The position numbers were made by a program, and so were the translations under genes. The notes below the pieces were generated by a model. It was given only the letters and a program-made list of their open reading frames with translations, did no database searches and was not told the DNA's origin. DNA of 24,000 nucleotides, from assembly GCF_900188385.1 (NCBI RefSeq), contig NZ_FZOI01000002.1:254542-278541 (forward strand), read 5' to 3'. Shown here in pieces: positions 15,997 through 22,691 of the stretch; the stretch's first letter is position 1, and the number at the start of each line of letters is the position of its first letter. This DNA is from Azospirillum sp. RU38E (GTDB lineage: Bacteria; Pseudomonadota; Alphaproteobacteria; Azospirillales; Azospirillaceae).

Positions 15997-17322
15997 ATGG
16001 TTCCCGTTGTTCGATCCGTTGCCAGTGACGAAGCGCTTCCCCAGTCAGCCGATGTCGTGGTGATTGGCGGGGGTATCGTTGGCACGGCCTCGGCCTATTA
16101 TCTGGCCAAGCGCGGCCTGTCCGTCGCCCTGCTGGAGAAAGGCCATATCGCCTGCGAGCAGTCGAGCCGGACCTGGGGCTGGTGCCGACAGCAGAACCGC
16201 GATCCGCGCGAAATGCCCTTGTCGCTGCTTTCAATGTCGCTCTGGGACGGTTTGGCGGGGGAGATCGGCCAGGATCTGGGCTTTCGCCGCACCGGTCTGG
16301 TCTATGCGACCGACGATGCCGCCATGCTGGCTTCCTGGGAAGCCTGGGGCAAGACGACAGCAAAGGAGTTCGGGGTCGAAACCTATATGCTGAACGCGGC
16401 GCAGGCGGCGCAGCGCATCCCGGAAACCCGCCGGAAATGGCTGGGCGGCCTGCATTCCGTCACGGACGGCAAGGCCGAGCCCGCCTGGGCGGCACCGGCG
16501 CTGGCCGAAGGGGCGCGCGCCCTGGGTGCCACCATCCATCAGAATTGCGCCGTGCGCGGCCTGGACATCACCAATGGCCGGGTTACCGGTGTCCGGACCG
16601 AAAAGGGCATGATCAGGGTAAATGCGGTTCTGTGCGCGGCCGGCGCCTGGGCATCCACCTTCCTGGCGCGTCATGGCGTGGTGTTTCCCCAGGCCAGCGT
16701 GCGCCAGACGGCGGTCAGGACCAAGCCGACCCGGAATGTCGGCGACGTGATCTATTGCCCCGATCTGGCCATGACGCGGCGTCTGGATGGCAGTTACACC
16801 CTGGCCATCAGCGGGCGCGCCACACTGGAACTGACCGCACAGGGTATGCGGTTCGCCCGCGGTTTCCTGCCACAATTCCTGAAGCGGCTGAAGGCGGTGC
16901 AGATCGGGGTCGGGGAATCCCTGTTTGCAGGCCCTGAATCCCTTTCATCCTGGCTGGGCCGTGATGAAAACATGTTCGAACGCCATCGCGTTCTGGACCC
17001 GGCCCCCAACCGGCGGTTGGTTCAGGCCATCCTGGATAATGTCAGGGGCACATTCCCCGAACTGGCGGGGATGGAAATCGACAGCACCTGGGGGGCCTAT
17101 GTTGACTGCACGCCGGATGCCGTCCCGGTTATCTCCGGGATAGATGCGGTGGGCGGGCTGTTCCTGGCGGCGGGCTGTTCGGGGCACGGATTTGGCCTTG
17201 GGCCGGGCATCGGCTATCTGGCGACGCAACTGGTCACCAACGAAAAGCCAGCGATCGATCCGACCCATTTCAACCTGTCACGGCTGGTTGACGGGTCCGC
17301 CATCAAGGTCGGCGCGCTGTAG
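15997..17322 (+). CDS. FAD-dependent oxidoreductase (DAO family; similar to D-amino-acid dehydrogenase or opine oxidase subunit B)
   Basis: 441 aa. The N-terminal dinucleotide fold is VVVIGGGIVGTASAYYLAKRG and the C-terminal motif is AAGCSGHGFGLGPG. The RBS GAGG precedes the ATG. Confidence 0.85.
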   Translation: MVPVVRSVASDEALPQSADVVVIGGGIVGTASAYYLAKRGLSVALLEKGHIACEQSSRTWGWCRQQNRDPREMPLSLLSMSLWDGLAGEIGQDLGFRRTGLVYATDDAAMLASWEAWGKTTAKEFGVETYMLNAAQAAQRIPETRRKWLGGLHSVTDGKAEPAWAAPALAEGARALGATIHQNCAVRGLDITNGRVTGVRTEKGMIRVNAVLCAAGAWASTFLARHGVVFPQASVRQTAVRTKPTRNVGDVIYCPDLAMTRRLDGSYTLAISGRATLELTAQGMRFARGFLPQFLKRLKAVQIGVGESLFAGPESLSSWLGRDENMFERHRVLDPAPNRRLVQAILDNVRGTFPELAGMEIDSTWGAYVDCTPDAVPVISGIDAVGGLFLAAGCSGHGFGLGPGIGYLATQLVTNEKPAIDPTHFNLSRLVDGSAIKVGAL

Positions 17323-17365
17323 GGACGCGTAAGTCCAGGGAAGTTCAGAGGTCCAGGGGGAACGG

Positions 17366-18568
17366 ATGAGCACGATCACAATGACGGCTTCCGGGCAATA
17401 CCAGCCCGGCGTGACGGCAGCGGTGGCCAAAGTGGCGGGCGGGCGCCTGCGCAGTATTGATGCGCTGCGTGGCTTTGTCATGGTGGTGATGCTGCTGGAT
17501 CATGTCCGGGAGACCTGGTTTCTGCATGTTGATATCTCCGATCCGGTGGATGCCCGAACCATCATGCCGGCCCTGTTCTTCGCCCGGCTGGCCGCCAGCC
17601 TGTGCGCACCAATCTTTGTGGCGCTGACGGGCCTTGGCGTCTTCCTCTATAGTCGCAATCACACAGCACAGGAGACGTCATCCTATCTGCTGAAGCGCGG
17701 CCTGCTGCTGATGGCGATTGAGGTGTTTTTCCTGTCGCCGCTCTATTGGGGGGTCGCACAGCCGACAGTGTGGCTGCAGGTCATCTGGTGCATTGGCCTG
17801 TGCATGATCGTGCTGGCTGGTCTTTTCCGGCTGCCCCTGGCGACATTGATCGTGCTGGGCCTGGTGATTGTCGCCGGCCATAATCTGCTCGATCCCATTC
17901 GTCTGGCCCCGGATGCCCCGCTCCATACGCTCTGGGCTCTGCTGCATCAGCGCGACTTCATCGCTTTGCCGTTCGGGCTGGTGGCGAAAACCAGCTATCC
18001 GGTGCTGGCCTGGATCGGGGTGATCCTGCTGGGCTTCGGGATCGGCCCCTGGTTTCTGCCGCATGTGTCGCCCGAGGCCCGGCAGCGCCGGCTGCTGCTG
18101 CTGGGCGGCGGCATGATCGCCCTGTTCATCGGCCTGCGGCTGCTGAACATCTATGGCGACAAGCCCTGGTTCATTGTCGAGAGCGACCCGGCGCGCACCG
18201 CGATGAGCTTCATGTCATTGACCAAATATCCGCCCTCGCTGGATTTCCTGCTGTTCACCCTGGGTGTCGGATCGCTGTTGCTGGCCCTCTGTGACCGTAT
18301 CCGCGAGGCCGGCATCACCAGCGCCCTGGCGGTGTTCGGCGGCGCACCGATGTTCTTTTACATCTTTCATCTGGCCATGCTGCGTGTGCTGTACCACACG
18401 GCGCTGGCGATCTGGGGCACCAGCCACGGCACGCTTTTCGGCTTCGACAGCTATGGCTGGGTGTTCGCCTGGTACGTTGGCTTGATCATTCCTTTCTACA
18501 TCCCAACGGTCTGGTTCTCGCGGCTGAAGGCGCGGCGCAAGGACATTGCCTGGCTCAAATATTTCTGA
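17366..18568 (+). CDS. DUF1624 (heparan-alpha-glucosaminide N-acetyltransferase-like) polytopic membrane protein
   Basis: 400 aa with about 10 hydrophobic helices. The family N-terminal motif is RLRSIDALRGFVMVVMLLDHVRE and the later motif is LTKYPPSLDFLLFTLG. Confidence 0.75.
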   Translation: MSTITMTASGQYQPGVTAAVAKVAGGRLRSIDALRGFVMVVMLLDHVRETWFLHVDISDPVDARTIMPALFFARLAASLCAPIFVALTGLGVFLYSRNHTAQETSSYLLKRGLLLMAIEVFFLSPLYWGVAQPTVWLQVIWCIGLCMIVLAGLFRLPLATLIVLGLVIVAGHNLLDPIRLAPDAPLHTLWALLHQRDFIALPFGLVAKTSYPVLAWIGVILLGFGIGPWFLPHVSPEARQRRLLLLGGGMIALFIGLRLLNIYGDKPWFIVESDPARTAMSFMSLTKYPPSLDFLLFTLGVGSLLLALCDRIREAGITSALAVFGGAPMFFYIFHLAMLRVLYHTALAIWGTSHGTLFGFDSYGWVFAWYVGLIIPFYIPTVWFSRLKARRKDIAWLKYF

Positions 18569-18594
18569 CCCCGCCGGATGATAAGGAAAATGAG

Positions 18595-19473
18595 ATGACA
18601 GCTGTCGCAGTCGATAACACAGGGACCGCCACGGCATCCCCCCGGCTGGTGGCACTGACGGCAGCCCATCTGCCACAGGCCCTGGCCCTGTCGCAGGCCC
18701 TGCAATGGCCCTATCGGCTGGAGGATTGGGCCTTCGCCTTGGCCCTGGGACACGGGATCGCGGTGGAGGTGGAGGAGCGGCTGGTGGGAACGGCGCTCTG
18801 GTGGCCCTATGGTGACAGCCACGCCTCTGCCGGCATGATCATCGTTGCCCCCTGGGCCCAGCGCCGGGGCATCGGCCGGATGCTGATGGATGAGCTGCTG
18901 CGACAGGCCGGGGGCCGGACGATCATCCTGAATTCCACCCTGGAGGGGCGGTCGCTCTATGCGCAGCTTGGCTTTGTGGCCTATGGCGCGATCCACCAGC
19001 ATCAGGCGGTGCTTGCCAGCAGCCCGGTCGCAGAGGCGGTTTCCGGCACGATACGGGATTTCCGTGCCGATGACCATGCCGCCATCCTTGCCCTTGACCG
19101 GGCGGCCAGCGGAATGGCGCGGGCGAACCTGATCGATGCGCTGTTTCCCATCGCCGCCGTCCGGGTTGTTGAGCGTCAGGGGACGGTTCGGGGCTATGGC
19201 TGTGCCCGTCAATGGGGCCGGGGCATCGTCGTCGGGCCTTTGGTGGCCGCCGATCCGGAAGCGGCCCGCGCGCTGGCTGTGGATTTGATGGCCCCCCATG
19301 TCGGGTATTTTGTCCGCATTGACGTCACCGCCGCCAGCGGTCTGACGCCCTGGCTGCTGGATCTGGGCTTGCCAAAGGTTGGCGAGGTCACCTCCATGGT
19401 GCGCGGGCAGCCCCTGCCTGCTTCCGATGGGGTTGCAACACTCTTCGCGCTTTCCAATCAGTCACTTGGCTGA
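18595..19473 (+). CDS. GNAT-family N-acetyltransferase with an additional YitH-like C-terminal domain
   Basis: 292 aa. The acetyl-CoA motif A is QRRGIGRMLMDELL, and the gene is in operon context. There is a 26-nt gap after the DUF1624 gene. Confidence 0.75.
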   Translation: MTAVAVDNTGTATASPRLVALTAAHLPQALALSQALQWPYRLEDWAFALALGHGIAVEVEERLVGTALWWPYGDSHASAGMIIVAPWAQRRGIGRMLMDELLRQAGGRTIILNSTLEGRSLYAQLGFVAYGAIHQHQAVLASSPVAEAVSGTIRDFRADDHAAILALDRAASGMARANLIDALFPIAAVRVVERQGTVRGYGCARQWGRGIVVGPLVAADPEAARALAVDLMAPHVGYFVRIDVTAASGLTPWLLDLGLPKVGEVTSMVRGQPLPASDGVATLFALSNQSLG

Positions 19474-19519
19474 CCCTGGCATCTTCCCGTCCCGTGGTCG
19501 GCATGGTTGAGGAGTTCCG

Positions 19520-20803
19520 GTGATGAAGATGACCTCCTACTGGCTGGATACGGTCACGCCTTTCAGTGGCGCGATGCAGGGCGGGCCAGAGGGCACAGCC
19601 GATGTTGCAGTCGTCGGGGCTGGCTTCACGGGCCTGTCGGCGGCTCTCGCCCTGGCGAAGAAGGGGGCGAAGGTTGCTCTGCTGGAGGCTGGCCGTGTGG
19701 CCAATGCCGCCTCGGGCCGCAATGGCGGCATGTGCAATAATGGCTTCGCCCAGGACTATTATTCTCTCTCCTCCGCGCTGGGGCGGGACCGAGCGAACAC
19801 CTTGTACAGGGCCTTTGATGCCGGCGTCGATCTGGTGGAAAGGATCATCACACGGGAGGGCATTGATTGCCATTTCCGGCGTGTGGGCAAATTGAAACTC
19901 GCCGCCAAGCCGGCCCATTACGACAAGATCGCCCGCTCCCAGGAACTGCTGGCCCGTGATGTCGATCCCGACACCTGCATGGTGCCAAGATCGGAAATGC
20001 GGGCGGAGATTGGCTCCGATCGCTATTTCGGCGGCATGTTGTTCAAGAAAAGTGCCGGTATGCATATGGGCCAGTATGGCCAGGGCCTTGCCGCCGCCGC
20101 CGCCCGTCACGGGGCCCGCATCTATGAGAACAACCCCGTCATCGGGCTGCGCCGTGTTGAAGGCCAAGTTCACGAAGTGACAACGCCGCAGGGCAGTCTT
20201 CGCGCCAATCAGGTGCTGCTGGCAACCGGAACGTCGCGCATCGGGCCGCTGGGCTGGTTCCGGCGGCGGATCGTCCCCGTCGGGGCCTATATCATCGTGA
20301 CCGAGCCTTTGCCGGTCAGCCTGCTCGACCGGCTGACCCCCAACCGGCGCAACACCACCGATACCCGCAATTTCGTGAACTATTTTCGTGTGCTGCCGGA
20401 CAACCGGCTGCTGTTCGGTGGTCGGGCGCGTTTCTCCAGCGCCAGTGATCCGGTTTCCGACGCGAAGAGCGGCGCCATCCTGCGCCGCTCAATGATTGCC
20501 GTGTTCCCCGAACTGGCCGACGCCCGCATCGATTATTGCTGGGGCGGCATGGTGGAGATGACACGCGACCGGCTGCCCCGTGCCGGGGAGCGCGACGGCC
20601 TGTTTTATTCAATGGGCTATAGCGGGCATGGAACGCACATGGCGACCTATATGGGTGCCGTTATGGCCGACGTTCTGGACGGCCGCGCCGATCTCAACCC
20701 CTGGCGGGGCATGGATTGGCCCGCCATCCCCGGTTATTTCGGCACACCATGGTTCCTGCCCTTTGTTGGTGCCTATTACCGCTATCAGGATTGGGTAAAA
20801 TAA
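19520..20803 (+). CDS. FAD-dependent oxidoreductase (DAO family, PuuB / gamma-glutamylputrescine-oxidase-like)
   Basis: 427 aa with the dinucleotide fold VAVVGAGFTGLSAALALAKKGAKV and the C-terminal motif GYSGHG. The start is GTG 19520 or ATG 19523, both just downstream of GAGGAG. Confidence 0.85.
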   Translation: MMKMTSYWLDTVTPFSGAMQGGPEGTADVAVVGAGFTGLSAALALAKKGAKVALLEAGRVANAASGRNGGMCNNGFAQDYYSLSSALGRDRANTLYRAFDAGVDLVERIITREGIDCHFRRVGKLKLAAKPAHYDKIARSQELLARDVDPDTCMVPRSEMRAEIGSDRYFGGMLFKKSAGMHMGQYGQGLAAAAARHGARIYENNPVIGLRRVEGQVHEVTTPQGSLRANQVLLATGTSRIGPLGWFRRRIVPVGAYIIVTEPLPVSLLDRLTPNRRNTTDTRNFVNYFRVLPDNRLLFGGRARFSSASDPVSDAKSGAILRRSMIAVFPELADARIDYCWGGMVEMTRDRLPRAGERDGLFYSMGYSGHGTHMATYMGAVMADVLDGRADLNPWRGMDWPAIPGYFGTPWFLPFVGAYYRYQDWVK

Positions 20804-20840
20804 CGGCGGGTCGGCATGCGGGACGCCGGCCCTGCGGCGA

Positions 20841-21047
20841 TTACCAGTGCAGTGTCATGGTGACCCCATAGGTGCCATAATAACTGCTGGTCAGGCCGCC
20901 GAAGCCCGGCCCGAAATCGATGCCACTGGCCTTGTCGTTGCGGTCCAGCAGACTCTTGCCCCACAGGTGTACCTGACCGCTGGTGCCATCGATTGCTGCT
21001 TCCGACAGGATCAGGTCGGTGGACTTGCCCTGCTTTATTCACCCCAT
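20841..21047 (-). pseudogene. Remnant or interrupted ORF encoding a Gly/Ser/Thr/Tyr-rich beta-barrel-like C-terminus that ends in ..YGVTMTLHW
   Basis: My hand translation of the minus strand gives IKQGKSTDLILSEAAIDGTSGQVHLWGKSLLDRNDKASGIDFGPGFGGLTSSYYGTYGVTMTLHW* (65 codons, 21038..20841). The alternating hydrophobic residues and terminal aromatic resemble an outer-membrane beta-signal. Upstream and in frame is GGAGG-N5-ATG GGG TGA. There is no signal peptide and no long N-terminal part in any frame. Confidence 0.3.
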
Positions 21048-21314
21048 ATAAACCTCCATCCAACGCTAATTTTAGGATGATGCCTCTCCACTTTTCCAGG
21101 GCAAGTCCAATCTAACCGATACCCTATAGGAAGATTCGGGCCAGCATCGGTACTTGGAAGGCACTGATGCGTAAGCGGGGCTTGCCATTGGCGGGCTTGT
21201 CGCGGACAAGCATGGGACACCTCGCCGCAGGCGGTGTGGTGGGGATGCGCTGGAACAGGGTGGAAGCCCTGCCGGCCGTTTCACAGCCCCGGTCCCGATG
21301 AGAGTAATTCCGCC

Positions 21315-22361
21315 ATGACGCAAAAATCGACGCTCAGCTATTTCAACTGGTCCTTCCTGTTCACGGTGGTGGGGCTGCTGGCGGGGGCCTTTCTGGGCTA
21401 TAATGCCACGGGCACCGTCACCGGTGCGTTGGGCACGGCCTTCATTGTCGGCGTGCTCTGCGTGCTGGAAATTTCGCTGTCCTTCGATAATGCGGTGGTG
21501 AATGCCACCATTCTGAAGGACATGGATGCCAAATGGCGCCGGCGCTTTCTGACCTGGGGCATTCTGATCGCCGTTTTCGGGATGCGGATCATCTTCCCGC
21601 TGCTGATCGTCGCCATCGCCGCCCAGCTGGGACCGGTTGAGGCGGTGACGCTGGCGGTGGAGGAGCCCGACCGCTATGCCCAGATCCTGACCGATGCGCA
21701 TGTCGGGATTGCCGCGTTCGGCGGCACCTTCCTGTTCATGGTCGGGCTGAAATTCTTCTTCGACACGGAGAAGGACACCCACTGGTTCGCCTTTATTGAA
21801 CGCCGCCTTGCCAAGGCGGCCAGCATCGAATCCATCGAAATTGTTTTGGTGTTGCTGGCGCTTTATGGTGTCAGCACCTTCCTGGGCGAGGATGCGCGGG
21901 AATTCCTGGTGGCTGGCATCCTGGGGATGGTGGCCTTTGTCGCCGTGAAAGGCGTGGCCGGCTATATGGAAGCGAGCCAGGAGACGACGGACGGGGTCTA
22001 TAAATCCGGTGCCGCCTCCTTCCTTTATCTGGAACTGCTGGACGCCTCCTTCTCCTTCGATGGCGTGATCGGGGCCTTTGCCCTTTCCAACAACCTGTTC
22101 GTCATTGCCATCGGTTTGGGGGTCGGCGCCTTCTATGTGCGGTCCATGACCATCATGCTGGTGGATAAGGGCACGCTGGCCGAATATCGCTATCTGGAAC
22201 ATGGTGCCTTCTGGGCCATCCTGGCCCTGGCCATCATCATGTATGCCCAGACCCTGACCCATATTCCGGAAGTGCTGACCGGCCTGATCGGTGCCACCTT
22301 TATCGGCCTGTCCTTCTGGTCCTCGGTGCGCCACAACAAGGCGGAAGCGCTGGAGCATTGA
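21315..22361 (+). CDS. DUF475 (TerC-related) integral membrane protein
   Basis: 348 aa from the ATG at 21315 (MTQKSTLSYFNWSFLF). It has multiple hydrophobic helices. The family signature LEISLSFDNAVVNA is repeated as LELLDASFSFDGVIGAF in the second half. The track start at 21234 adds a non-hydrophobic, implausible extension. Confidence 0.8.
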   Translation: MTQKSTLSYFNWSFLFTVVGLLAGAFLGYNATGTVTGALGTAFIVGVLCVLEISLSFDNAVVNATILKDMDAKWRRRFLTWGILIAVFGMRIIFPLLIVAIAAQLGPVEAVTLAVEEPDRYAQILTDAHVGIAAFGGTFLFMVGLKFFFDTEKDTHWFAFIERRLAKAASIESIEIVLVLLALYGVSTFLGEDAREFLVAGILGMVAFVAVKGVAGYMEASQETTDGVYKSGAASFLYLELLDASFSFDGVIGAFALSNNLFVIAIGLGVGAFYVRSMTIMLVDKGTLAEYRYLEHGAFWAILALAIIMYAQTLTHIPEVLTGLIGATFIGLSFWSSVRHNKAEALEH

Positions 22362-22392
22362 AGGGCGTCGGCACATCGGGCCGATTCCATTG

Positions 22393-22432
22393 AAAACCCC
22401 GCAGCCGGCACCGGCTGCGGGGTTTTCTTTTG
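22393..22432 (+). terminator. Rho-independent terminator of the DUF475 gene
   Basis: AAAACCCCGCAGCCGG, loop CA, CCGGCTGCGGGGTTTT, followed by CTTTT. The stem is a perfect 14 to 16 bp GC-rich stem lying 32 nt after the stop. Confidence 0.75.
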
Positions 22433-22450
22433 GGACCTGTGCACTGGCCT

Positions 22451-22489
22451 GAAAATGTAAAAGGCCCGCTGCCTTGTCAGCAGCGGGCC
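22451..22489 (-). terminator. Rho-independent terminator of tRNA-Thr
   Basis: GGCCCGCTGC (22463-22472), 7-nt loop, GCAGCGGGCC (22480-22489). On the minus strand the hairpin is followed by TTTTACATTTTC. It begins 16 nt after the tRNA 3' end. Confidence 0.55.
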
Positions 22490-22504
22490 CTAAACTGGCG
22501 CGCG

Positions 22505-22579
22505 TGGTGCCCCGAGTCGGATTTGAACCAACGGCCTACCGCTTACGAAGCGGTTGCTCTACCGCTGAGCTATCGGGGC
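22505..22579 (-). tRNA. tRNA-Thr (anticodon CGU) with an encoded CCA end
   Basis: The reverse complement is GCCCCGATAGCTCAGCGGTAGAGCAACCGCTTCGTAAGCGGTAGGCCGTTGGTTCAAATCCGACTCGGGGCACCA. It folds as a 75-nt cloverleaf. The acceptor stem is GCCCCGA/TCGGGGC and the D arm is GCTC..GAGC. The anticodon stem is ACCGC/GCGGT with loop TTCGTAA. The T arm is GTTGG-TTCAAAT-CCGAC. Confidence 0.9.
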
Positions 22580-22691
22580 GCCGTCGCGGTGGCCGTGCTT
22601 CTAGCAAAGGCACGGGGGGCTGGCAACAAGGAAAATGACGAAGCCGGATAAATTTTTCCAAATCCTTGGTTTTCCGGGGTTTTCGCGCTGC

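Noticed and set aside
20785-21063. 92-aa minus-strand track ORF (MDGGLYGVNKAGQVHRPDP...) as a real hypothetical protein
   Set aside because: It starts at TTG, is Arg/Pro/Gln/His-rich and has no motif. The overlapping frame gives a far more protein-like beta-strand-rich sequence. An automated annotator might still call it, so this rejection is of moderate confidence.
21048-21314. yybP-ykoY (Mn2+) riboswitch upstream of the TerC-like DUF475 gene
   Set aside because: I could not find the conserved GGGGAGUAG and UUGACAUA / AGACC core elements on the + strand. Only generic hairpins are present. The region is retained as an unexplained leader, not as a named riboswitch.
21072-22376. 434-aa minus-strand ORF antisense to the DUF475 gene
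   Set aside because: The + strand frame encodes a coherent multi-helix membrane protein with the duplicated LSFDN-type signature. The antisense product is Gly/Gln/His/Asp-rich junk with no motif. It is a high-GC mirror ORF.
7040-22579. Genomic island or defence island inserted at tRNA-Thr; CRISPR, toxin-antitoxin or restriction systems
   Set aside because: The window contains no integrase, transposase, repeat-spacer array or direct repeat of the tRNA 3' end that I could spot. It also has no nuclease, methylase or ATPase genes of defence type. The only CARF-containing protein is the housekeeping-type regulator RtcR.
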